From contig SKZO01000010.1 of assembly GCA_007127335.1 (NCBI GenBank), positions 35,370 to 99,369 on the forward strand: a stretch of 64,000 bases of DNA. Reading direction: 5' to 3'. Shown here piece after piece: positions 42,228 through 50,703 of this stretch; positions within the stretch are counted from its first letter, which is position 1; every line of letters begins with the position of its first letter. The translations under genes were made by a program, and so were the position numbers. The notes below the pieces were generated by a model. The model saw only the letters and a program-made list of their open reading frames with translations, was not told the DNA's origin and ran no database searches. Origin of the DNA: Spirochaetales bacterium (GTDB lineage Bacteria; Spirochaetota; Spirochaetia; DSM-27196; SLST01).

Positions 42228-44224
42228 CGTGCCTCCCATCTCGCAGCGAGGGCCCTGACGAGGAAGATCGTGCCGATGAGCAGTACGAACGGCCAGAGCG
42301 CCGGAAGATAGATGCCCTTGATGAAGTCCGATCGAGCGTCGGCGAGCAACCTCCCCCATCCGTCGGTAAGCGGTGCCGCAAACCGGAGAAGGCCCTCTGC
42401 GCCGGCGGCCGGCGCGCCGGGACCCGCCGGCAGGAGTCGCAGGAAGCTCAGGTTGGCCGTCAGTACGATCAGATCGACAGAGAGGTCGAGAAGCCGCGCC
42501 CCGTAGCCGCGGGCCAGGTTCGGCAACACGTGTCGGGACAGCTGCTCGAGCGGGCCTTCTCCAATCGAGACGCCGTAGCGCACAAAGTCGGTCTTCCGCA
42601 GCACCACACCATAGTCGCGGGAGTCCGCGAAGAACCGCACCGCCGCTGCAACGACGAGCGCGACGAACACGGGAAGACCGGGCACCTCCGAGAGACCGAC
42701 CACGAGCACGACGACGAGAATGGACGGGAAGACGTGCACGTACGCCATCGCTCGGTCCAGGGTATGGGAGCGGAAGTAGCCGGCGACAATTCCGAGCAGG
42801 CTCCCGACGGATGAGCCAACAAAAGCCGCCACGAGTACGACGAGCAGGAATCGGCCCTCGACCAGCGTGCGAAGGAAGTAGTACCAGATCAGAACGGGAT
42901 GCTCGCGAAGGTTCGGGCGGAACATCACCTGTACCGGTGGACGCTCGGGCGGTGGGAGCAGCCACGGCAGAACGACGAGTGCGCACACGCACGCGCAGAC
43001 GATCACCGTACCGGGACGGATCCGGTCGAACCAGCCCCGGGCCGGCGGTCGCTGCAGACTTCCTTCCGCGCCGGGCGCCATTGCGATCTCCGGTACCGGC
43101 GGTCGACCGACTCCAGAAGCTCCACGACGCCGTATCAGCAGACCCACGAGGCATGTGGCTGCGGCTCCTGCAATGATGCGCCCCGCGACGGCTGCCTGAC
43201 TCGTTGTGCCCAGCGGCGGATACAGGAACGCACCAAGGAGCATGACAGCGACGCCTGCGCATATCGTGCGGGTGATCTGCGCCTGTTGGTCCGTGTCCGC
43301 CGTCCGGTGCGAGGGCACGAGCCAGAGTCCTCCAAGACGAAAGACGAGCTGGAGCAGGACTGTGACGGCCCCGATGTACACCAAAGCCGCCTGAGCCACG
43401 GTAAAGGCCTCTTCACGACGCATTCCCCAGACGCCCGTGTACGGTTGTACGGTGTAGAAGCCGATACCGGTATACCGGTAGGCCAGCTCGACGATGACGA
43501 GGTAGGTCACGAACAGGGGGAGATTCGCGGCGAGGTCGGACAGGAGACGCGCGAGCAGCGGACGCCGGATATGATAGGCGAAGAGCCGGGACGGGCTGAG
43601 TCCGTGAGACCTCGCTATCGTCACGTACTCGGCGAACCGCAGCTCCCTGACGATCAGCAATCCTGAGCGAACGAGCAGGAGCGCCGGAAAGAGCGTGAGC
43701 GTGAGCCAGGGCAGGAAGTAGTGCCGCAACAGATCGACCGCCCGCTCCGCCGGACCCAGGTCGTCGAACCTGGCGCTCGAGGTCCCTCCCACGGGGAACC
43801 ATCCGGTCTCAGAGGCCACGATGAAGAACAGCATCGCGAGTACGGCGATGGGCAGGGAATACGCCAGCGATCCGATTCGCTCGAGTCGTCTGACCGCCCG
43901 CTCACGGTAGCGGACGAAGTTCCATCGAGCGAGCAGGTATCCCGCGAGTACGGATGCCGCCATCGCGCCGGCGAACAGCGCGAGCGTTCGCACGAGCGCC
44001 GGCCGGATGAAGAACGCCGTCTTCACGCCATGCGGAGTGACGCCGGGCTGCAGCAGGAGCAGGCCGCGCAGGTACTGCCAGTACCGGTACAGCGGATGGT
44101 ACGCGGCCTCGGTTGTCCGAAGGGCGATCTCGTACACGAGAAACGTAGCGGTCAGCAGAACGAGCAGCCGCAGGCACGCGTCGGCTACCAGCATGATACT
44201 CCGGTTCGCTGTGCGATCAGCCAT
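42224..44224 (-). CDS. fused peptide/nickel-type ABC permease (DppB-like + DppC-like halves in one polypeptide)
   Basis: It is 666 aa. The first half has the EAA-type loop YVTIARSHGLSPSRLFAYHIRRPLLARL. The second half has DppC-like segments (GIVAGYFRSHTLDRAMAYVHVFPSILVVVLV). ATG 44224 overlaps the ATPase stop by 8 nt. Confidence 0.85.
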   Translation of the reverse strand: MADRTANRSIMLVADACLRLLVLLTATFLVYEIALRTTEAAYHPLYRYWQYLRGLLLLQPGVTPHGVKTAFFIRPALVRTLALFAGAMAASVLAGYLLARWNFVRYRERAVRRLERIGSLAYSLPIAVLAMLFFIVASETGWFPVGGTSSARFDDLGPAERAVDLLRHYFLPWLTLTLFPALLLVRSGLLIVRELRFAEYVTIARSHGLSPSRLFAYHIRRPLLARLLSDLAANLPLFVTYLVIVELAYRYTGIGFYTVQPYTGVWGMRREEAFTVAQAALVYIGAVTVLLQLVFRLGGLWLVPSHRTADTDQQAQITRTICAGVAVMLLGAFLYPPLGTTSQAAVAGRIIAGAAATCLVGLLIRRRGASGVGRPPVPEIAMAPGAEGSLQRPPARGWFDRIRPGTVIVCACVCALVVLPWLLPPPERPPVQVMFRPNLREHPVLIWYYFLRTLVEGRFLLVVLVAAFVGSSVGSLLGIVAGYFRSHTLDRAMAYVHVFPSILVVVLVVGLSEVPGLPVFVALVVAAAVRFFADSRDYGVVLRKTDFVRYGVSIGEGPLEQLSRHVLPNLARGYGARLLDLSVDLIVLTANLSFLRLLPAGPGAPAAGAEGLLRFAAPLTDGWGRLLADARSDFIKGIYLPALWPFVLLIGTIFLVRALAARWEAR

Positions 44225-46079
44225 CGAGCACCTGCCTGTTTCCCGACCAGCCTGCGGCCAGCATCAGCTCCCGGCCGTACGCGGATCCGGGGCGCCGGAA
44301 GAACTCATCCGCCGGGCCGTACTCCTGGACAACGCCGCCCTGAAGGACGAGCACCGTGTGGGCGACAAGACGGACCACGGCCAGATCGTGCGAGACGAAA
44401 ATGAGCGCGAAGCCGAGCTCGGAGACGAGGGTCCGCAGCAGATTGATGACGCCGGCCTGGACGGAAACATCGAGCGCGGAGACCGGCTCATCGGCGAGCA
44501 GTAGCCGCGGCGGATCGACGATCGCCCGGGAGATGGCAATCCGCTGCTTCTGACCGCCCGAGAACTCGGACGTCGGCCTGGCGGCGACAGCCGTTGCCAG
44601 TCCACAGGCGGCCAACGCGTCGCGTGCCGCGCGCCACCGGGAACGCCGGTCGCCCGCGCCGAGGTGCTCGAGCGGCTCGGCGACTGCACGCCAGGCGCAG
44701 TAGCTTGGATCAAGCGCCCCGGCGGGGTTCTGAAACACCGTCTGTATCCGCTCCCGGTACGGTCGGAACTCCGGTTCGGTCATTCGGCTGACATCAATCC
44801 CGTCGAGCTCGATTGACCCGATCGCCTCGGGCTCGAGCCGCAGCAGCGCCCGAAGCAGGGTGCTCTTGCCGGCACCCGTTTCGCCAATGACTCCCAGTAC
44901 CTCACCGGCGTCGACCGCGAGCCCCACGTCGCGAAGCGCGTCGATCCGGCCTGTCTCGCGCCCAAGGAATATGCCCCGCCTGATACGGTAGCTGACCGTG
45001 AGCCCTTCTACCCGCAGCACCGGGACACCGTCGAGGGCTCGTGTCGTCCCGTAGGTCCGAGCCGACTCGATACCCGGCGAGGTCGGGCTCCCGTGCTGCG
45101 GGTGAACACAACGGACGCGTGTCGGGCCGACCGATCGCGACGCTGGCACCGCCTCACTGCATGCCCGGTCGGCCAGATCGCAGCGGGCGGCGAACGGACA
45201 GCTCCTGAGCGGTCGGTCGATGACCGGGGCGGATCCGCGGATACCCTCCACGTGGCGTACCGATGACGACAACCGGGGCACTGCCGCAAGCAGCCCTCTG
45301 GTATACGGATGGGCGGCGTGCGCGGCGACCTCGCGCGGCTCCCCCTCCTCTACGACGAGACCTCCGTACATAACCAGGAGTCTCTCGCACATCCCGGCAG
45401 CCAGGTCGAGGTCGTGCGTGACCAGAACGAGTGACAGCCCCTCGGTCACCCGCAGCCGCTCGAGCAGCTCGAGAATTCTCGTCTGGGTCGTCACATCGAG
45501 GCTCGAGGTGGGCTCATCGGCGATGAGTACCCGTGCCCCGGTAGCGAGCGCGAGCGCGATGGAGATCCGCTGGCACATTCCGCCTGAGAACTCGGCCGGC
45601 CAGGCGTTTCTGCGCAGCGGGTCGATCCCGACCTCGTCAAGCAGTGCGCTCGTCCGTTCGCTCGCCCGTGCCGGCTGCATGCCGCGGTTGAGCAGCACGC
45701 GGTCGATCTGCGTCCCGACGGGAACGTGCGGGTTGAGCGCACCGATCGGGTCCTGTCCTACGAGCGCCATGCCGCCCCGCATGCCCGCATGCCCTTCGCG
45801 GTCACCGGCCACATCGGTACCGCTGAGCCGGATGATGTCCGCACTCACGGTTGCGTATTCGGGGAGCAGACCGAGCAGTGCCCGACAGGTAACGCTCTTG
45901 CCGCTTCCGCTCTCACCGACCAGTCCGATGCTCTGCGCCTCGCGCAGAATCAGGTCGACGCCGTTGACCGCGTGAACCGTCCCGCGTCGGGTGGCAAATG
46001 ACACCTGCAGGTTCCGCACCTCAACGAGAGGCTCCGAGTCTTGCTTTGGCGGTTCGGTCGGGGTACGATGGTCCATCAT
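44217..46079 (-). CDS. fused peptide/nickel-type ABC ATPase (DppD-like + DppF-like NBDs)
   Basis: It is 620 aa with two NBDs. Walker A motifs are GESGSGKS and GETGAGKS, signatures are FSGGMCQR and FSGGQKQR, and Walker B motifs are LIADEPTSSLD and LLADEPVSALD. Confidence 0.9.
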   Translation of the reverse strand: MMDHRTPTEPPKQDSEPLVEVRNLQVSFATRRGTVHAVNGVDLILREAQSIGLVGESGSGKSVTCRALLGLLPEYATVSADIIRLSGTDVAGDREGHAGMRGGMALVGQDPIGALNPHVPVGTQIDRVLLNRGMQPARASERTSALLDEVGIDPLRRNAWPAEFSGGMCQRISIALALATGARVLIADEPTSSLDVTTQTRILELLERLRVTEGLSLVLVTHDLDLAAGMCERLLVMYGGLVVEEGEPREVAAHAAHPYTRGLLAAVPRLSSSVRHVEGIRGSAPVIDRPLRSCPFAARCDLADRACSEAVPASRSVGPTRVRCVHPQHGSPTSPGIESARTYGTTRALDGVPVLRVEGLTVSYRIRRGIFLGRETGRIDALRDVGLAVDAGEVLGVIGETGAGKSTLLRALLRLEPEAIGSIELDGIDVSRMTEPEFRPYRERIQTVFQNPAGALDPSYCAWRAVAEPLEHLGAGDRRSRWRAARDALAACGLATAVAARPTSEFSGGQKQRIAISRAIVDPPRLLLADEPVSALDVSVQAGVINLLRTLVSELGFALIFVSHDLAVVRLVAHTVLVLQGGVVQEYGPADEFFRRPGSAYGRELMLAAGWSGNRQVLDG

Positions 46080-47712
46080 GTACGCAGAGCTTACCCTCTC
46101 CGGGTCCTACCGCGATACGGACCCGCAAGTCAAGTCTCTCCTGGCGCTCTCCACGCGGGATACCTTCGTTTTCACCACCTTCGTGCGTACCTGCGCCGCC
46201 GTGCGCGCAGATCGCCGCGTACGGCGAGTGCTCGTGCACGTCACGCCAACATTCAACGCGCCAATGCCGGCCGCGCTCGAGGAGATCCGTCGCGAGCTCG
46301 TACGCCTGGCCGACGCGGGCAAAGAGCTCGTCTTCTACGCCACCGAGTACCGAGATGCCCACCTCTACCTGGCCTCCGCCTGCTCGAAACGAGCGTTGCA
46401 TCCACTCGGCTCGATCCGGTGCACCGGGATCGCCCGCACCAGCCTCTTCTTCAAGCGGTTGGCCGACCGCCTGGGCATCCGATTCCAGATCGTGCGCCGC
46501 GGAAAGTACAAGAGCGCTGCCGACCGGTTCCGGCTCGAGACCATTGATCCGGCCAATCTCGAGCAATACCAGCGCTGGATCGACCGCGCGGCATCGGTGA
46601 TCCACGGCGCGATCGCCACCGGATGCGGCAAGACACCGGCGGATGTTGACGTTCTCCTTGCGGGCCGAACGCTCGACGCCGCTGAGGCGCTGCGCGAGGG
46701 GTGGGTCGACGAGACAACGACCGTGGAGTCGCTGCGCGATTCGTGGAGTGACGAGAAGATTCGGCGCCGCAGGGCCAGAACGCCTCGCTCGATCGGACGG
46801 GGAAAACGTGTGGCCGTGCTGTGTTTCGAAGGTGCGATCATCGAGGGACGCAGCAGGATGAGCCCCCTCATTGGACAGGCCGTTGGTTCCGAGACCTTCG
46901 TGAAGCAGATCAACGCGCTGCGCAAAAGCCGCAGGGTTCGAGCCGTGGTGCTGCGAGTCAACTCCGGCGGAGGATCGGCGATCGCGAGCGAGGACATCCG
47001 AAGCGCCCTCGCACGGCTTCTCGCGGACAAGCCCCTCCTGGTCTCGATGTCCGGGGTTGCCGGTTCAGGCGGGTACTGGATCTCGATGACCGGGTCGCGG
47101 ATCTACGCCTGCGCCACTACGCTCACCGGAAGCATCGGCGTGATCAACATTGCCGTTGACGCGGGAGCGGCGCTTGCGGAGCAGGGCATCACGAACTCTG
47201 TCATCAAGACCCACGAGCATGCCGACGCGGGAAACGGGCTGCGCTCGCTCACACCACAGGAGATCGAGGACCTCGACGCACAGGTCGCCTCCGTCTACGA
47301 TCGGTTCCTCGAGCTCGTCGCGGACTACCGGAGCATGGATCGTGAGGGGGTGCATGAGCGCGCACAGGGTCGCGTCTGGGCGGGTGAGGATGCCGTCGAA
47401 CAGCGCCTGGTCGACCGGATAGGCGGGTTGAGCGATGCGGTGGAGGAGGCGCGAAGCGTCGCAGGACTTCGGCGGGCGAAGATCGTCTTCGTACCTCGCC
47501 CTCGACGGTCCTTGTTCGAGCGCCTCCTCGCGCGGGGGAGCAGTTCGGCGGCCCTGCATTCACGTTCCCTGTTTCCGGCCGCAACGACCGCCGCCGCGCT
47601 GACGCGACTCGCGAATCGCCCGATGCTGCTCGAGCCCGCCGGCATCGCGGCTGGGCACCTACTCGACCCGTGGGGCCTCGACCTGTTCGATGCAGATCTC
47701 CAGGTCGAATAG
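46078..47712 (+). CDS. sppA: signal peptide peptidase SppA, two-domain (67K) type
   Basis: The start is refined to ATG 46078. Two ClpP/crotonase-like halves are present. The second carries the catalytic-Ser segment MSGVAGSGGYWIS and the RVNSGGGSA motif. Confidence 0.85.
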   Translation: MYAELTLSGSYRDTDPQVKSLLALSTRDTFVFTTFVRTCAAVRADRRVRRVLVHVTPTFNAPMPAALEEIRRELVRLADAGKELVFYATEYRDAHLYLASACSKRALHPLGSIRCTGIARTSLFFKRLADRLGIRFQIVRRGKYKSAADRFRLETIDPANLEQYQRWIDRAASVIHGAIATGCGKTPADVDVLLAGRTLDAAEALREGWVDETTTVESLRDSWSDEKIRRRRARTPRSIGRGKRVAVLCFEGAIIEGRSRMSPLIGQAVGSETFVKQINALRKSRRVRAVVLRVNSGGGSAIASEDIRSALARLLADKPLLVSMSGVAGSGGYWISMTGSRIYACATTLTGSIGVINIAVDAGAALAEQGITNSVIKTHEHADAGNGLRSLTPQEIEDLDAQVASVYDRFLELVADYRSMDREGVHERAQGRVWAGEDAVEQRLVDRIGGLSDAVEEARSVAGLRRAKIVFVPRPRRSLFERLLARGSSSAALHSRSLFPAATTAAALTRLANRPMLLEPAGIAAGHLLDPWGLDLFDADLQVE

Positions 47713-47928
47713 CCGGTACCGTCCCACGTAGTCTGCCGCTTCATTGGGCAGGTCACCGAGTCTCGTGCGGTACTCCTGTATCGTGCGGTACTGTCGCCGG
47801 TTGAGCACAACCCGCGAAACCTGGCGGCCGGCCTCCGCCAGCGCAGCGCGCTGGCGGTAGACCTCTACGATGAGCTCCTGGGCTGCGCCGGCGTCCGCAG
47901 GAACCTCCGACGCGGACTCGCCGCCCAT
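47659..47928 (-). CDS. small hypothetical protein (89 aa) immediately downstream of the pyrophosphatase gene
   Basis: Its ATG lies 3 nt after the hppA stop. Third codon positions are strongly G/C-biased when read by eye. No SD sequence is present. The last 18 codons overlap the sppA 3' end on the opposite strand. I recognise no family. Confidence 0.4.
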   Translation of the reverse strand: MGGESASEVPADAGAAQELIVEVYRQRAALAEAGRQVSRVVLNRRQYRTIQEYRTRLGDLPNEAADYVGRYRLFDLEICIEQVEAPRVE

Positions 47929-47931
47929 TGA

Positions 47932-50109
47932 TCAGCCGAAAAGACCGCCGAGAAAGCTCAGCAGGTTGTACTCCTGGAAGACGCTCACCGCGATCAGCGA
48001 GACGACCGCCATGATCTTGATCAGGATATCGAGCGACGGGCCTACGGTGTCCTTCAGGGGGTCACCTACCGTATCTCCCACGACACCGGCCGAATGCGCC
48101 TCCGAACCTTTTCCTCCGTGATGTCCGTTCTCGATGTACTTCTTCCCGTTGTCCCACGCTCCACCTGCGTTCGCCGTGAACAGCGCGAGCATGACCGCGG
48201 ACAGCGTCGTGCCGATCAGCAGCCCGCCCACGAAATCCGGACCCAGCAGGAAGCCGGTCAGCAGCGGTGTGAGGACCGCGATGAGCGCCGGACCCTTCAT
48301 TTCGGCGAGGGCACCGGCGGAGGAGATCTCAATACAGAGGCGGTAATCCGGTTTGGAGTCTCCGGTGAGAATGCCCGGATCCGCCTGGAACTGGCGGCGC
48401 ACCTCGTCCACCATCTTGCGCGCGGCATTCGCCACGGCCTCCACGAGGATGCCCGAGAAGAGGTACGGAAGCGCGGCGCCGATGAGTCCGCCGGCAAGCG
48501 TCAGCGGGTTGATCATGTCGAGCAGGAGCTCGTACGCCCCGTGCACGTTCTCAGGGCCTGCCTGCGAGTAGAGGTACGAGGCGAAGAGCGACAGCGCGGC
48601 GAGCGCCGCCGACCCGATCGCAAAGCCCTTGCCGATCGCGGCGGTGGTGTTGCCCACCGAGTCGAGCTCGTCGGTGATCTCGCGGACGTGCGGATCGAGC
48701 TTGGACATCTCGCTGATGCCTCCGGCATTGTCCGCGATGGGACCGTAGGTGTCGACGGAGACGGTCGCGACCACGAAGCTCAGCATGCCGATCGCCGCCA
48801 TCGCCACGCCGTAGAGTCCGGCAATCGCGTTCGCGCCGATGACTGCAACGGCGAGCATCAGAATCGGGAAGAAGACCGACTTCATACCGACGGCGAGCCC
48901 CTGGGTGATCGTCAGCGCGGTCCCCTGCCGGCTCGCGGCGGCGATCTTCTGCGTCGGCTTGTAGTCGTAGCTCGTGAAGTGCTCGGCGATCTGTCCGATC
49001 ACGATACCGCTCACGATTCCGAGAATCGCGGCAAACCACGGCGAGAGCGCCCCAAGGCTGAAGCCCAGAATGGGGGTGAAGGTCTCATCCCGGAAGAGTA
49101 CCCATGTCAGAACACCGGTTCCGATCACCGTCAAAATCGCGCTCAGCCAGGTTGATACGTTCAGCTCCCGATGCGGCCGGTCCGACGCCTTCTTGAGCAG
49201 GAGGACCAGGATACCGACCATGCACGCGACCACGCCAATGGATGCGAACATGATGGGATACGTGATCAACTTGCCGACGAGGCTCTCGCTCATCGGCTGC
49301 GGGGCCTGGCTCGTGGTGTAGTACATGTAGGCGGCCAGGACGACGCTCGAAATGAGCGATCCGACGTAGCTTTCCAGGAGGTCGGCTCCAAGCCCGGCGA
49401 CGTCGCCCACGTTGTCGCCCACGTTATCCGCGATGGTCGCGGGGTTCCGCGGGTCGTCTTCCGGAATATGCGCCTCGGTCTTGCCGACGAGGTCCGCGCC
49501 CATGTCCGCGGCCTTCGTGTAGATGCCGCCGCCCACGCGGTCGAACATGGCAATGATGGAGCACCCGAGCGCGTAACCGGAGACGGTCATCGTGAACGGG
49601 ATGAAGTTGATCCCGATCCAGTTGATCTCGATCACGAGTCCGTCCACACTCGTCTGGCCCATGAGGAGTCCAAAGACCACGTAGATCAACCCGAGCCCGA
49701 GCAGGGCGAATCCGCCGACGGAGAGCCCCATGACGCTCCCTCCGCGGAATGCGACCTGCAAGGTCTGCCCGAGGCTCCCCGTTTCGCGGGCACGGTTCGA
49801 AACGCGCACGTTCGACAGCGTGGCTATCTTCATCCCGACCCATCCGGCCGACGCGCTCATGAAGGCGCCGAGGATGAACGCGACACCCGTGTACCACGAC
49901 ACGACCACCCCGAGCAGAACGGCGATGATGCTCGCGATCCCCAGGATGACCTTGTACTCGTGCGTGATGAAGGCATCCGCACCATCCTGGATCGCCGCGG
50001 CGATCTCCTGCATGAGCGGCGTGCCGGTGTCGAGTCGTTTGACACCGTAGAAGTTGACGGCGGCAAAACTGAGTGCGCCGACAACAGCGACTACTACAAA
50101 TCCTATCAT
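47932..50109 (-). CDS. hppA: membrane-bound pyrophosphate-energised cation pump (M-PPase), K+-dependent subtype
   Basis: It has a canonical 16-TM M-PPase sequence (GGGIYTKAADMGADLVGK, DNVGDNVGD, GNTTAAIGKGFAIGSAAL, GGAWDNGKKYIE, VGDTVGDPLKDT). The GNTTAA form (Ala rather than Lys) is the signature of K+-dependent enzymes. Confidence 0.95.
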   Translation of the reverse strand: MIGFVVVAVVGALSFAAVNFYGVKRLDTGTPLMQEIAAAIQDGADAFITHEYKVILGIASIIAVLLGVVVSWYTGVAFILGAFMSASAGWVGMKIATLSNVRVSNRARETGSLGQTLQVAFRGGSVMGLSVGGFALLGLGLIYVVFGLLMGQTSVDGLVIEINWIGINFIPFTMTVSGYALGCSIIAMFDRVGGGIYTKAADMGADLVGKTEAHIPEDDPRNPATIADNVGDNVGDVAGLGADLLESYVGSLISSVVLAAYMYYTTSQAPQPMSESLVGKLITYPIMFASIGVVACMVGILVLLLKKASDRPHRELNVSTWLSAILTVIGTGVLTWVLFRDETFTPILGFSLGALSPWFAAILGIVSGIVIGQIAEHFTSYDYKPTQKIAAASRQGTALTITQGLAVGMKSVFFPILMLAVAVIGANAIAGLYGVAMAAIGMLSFVVATVSVDTYGPIADNAGGISEMSKLDPHVREITDELDSVGNTTAAIGKGFAIGSAALAALSLFASYLYSQAGPENVHGAYELLLDMINPLTLAGGLIGAALPYLFSGILVEAVANAARKMVDEVRRQFQADPGILTGDSKPDYRLCIEISSAGALAEMKGPALIAVLTPLLTGFLLGPDFVGGLLIGTTLSAVMLALFTANAGGAWDNGKKYIENGHHGGKGSEAHSAGVVGDTVGDPLKDTVGPSLDILIKIMAVVSLIAVSVFQEYNLLSFLGGLFG

Positions 50110-50208
50110 AGTGGGCTTCCCTTACTGTGGTTTTCTTGGCGGCGATTCGCCTTCGCGACGCATTCTATCATACATTGTTTTCACGCATCAATTCGTGAGG
50201 GGTTCATT

Positions 50209-50703
50209 GTGCCGGACGCGACGAGAAACGACTGGGACAGTTTCACACCTCAGGAGCGCGCCGTCATAACCTTCCTCCGCCGGGACGGTGAAGTGCTCCT
50301 GATTCACAAGAAGCGCGGGCTGGGTGCCGGGAAGATCAACGGGCCCGGGGGACGGATAGAGCCGGGAGAGACGGCGGCGCAGGCCGCGGTGCGGGAGACC
50401 CGTGAAGAAGTCGGCATCGACGTGCGCCTGCCCGTAGAGCACGCAACGCTGCACTTCGTGTTTCGTCACGGCTATTCGTTGACGGTGTACGTCTTCGTCT
50501 CAGAACGGTTTGCGGGCGCTGCGGAGGAGACGGACGAGGCCGTCCCCTTCTGGGTCCCGCTCGACGCGATTCCGTATGGACGAATGTGGGCCGACGACGA
50601 GCACTGGCTGCCGGTCGTTCTTGCCGGTAAGTATGTGGAGGGACGCTTCGTCTTCGACGGTGACGCGATGGTCTGGTCAGACCTGACCGTCCGTGACCCG
50701 TAG
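50209..50703 (+). CDS. NUDIX hydrolase (MutT-like)
   Basis: The start is refined to GTG 50209, with GAGGGG about 6 nt upstream. The Nudix box is GPGGRIEPGETAAQAAVRETREEVGI. The upstream part of track ORF 49171 is antisense to hppA. Confidence 0.85.
   Translation: MPDATRNDWDSFTPQERAVITFLRRDGEVLLIHKKRGLGAGKINGPGGRIEPGETAAQAAVRETREEVGIDVRLPVEHATLHFVFRHGYSLTVYVFVSERFAGAAEETDEAVPFWVPLDAIPYGRMWADDEHWLPVVLAGKYVEGRFVFDGDAMVWSDLTVRDP

Noticed and set aside
42228-43262. The N-terminal 345 codons of the 933-aa track ORF 40461..43262.
   Set aside because: This part overlaps the well-supported fused permease gene on the same strand in another frame and is extremely Arg/Gly/Pro-rich. A signal-peptide-bearing start with GGGAGG and an ATGA overlap exists at 42227, so only 40461..42227 is kept.
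49171-50208. The upstream two-thirds of the 510-aa track ORF 49171..50703.
   Set aside because: It is antisense to hppA and has no motifs. Only the C-terminal 164 codons, from GTG 50209 with its ribosome-binding site, form the NUDIX protein.
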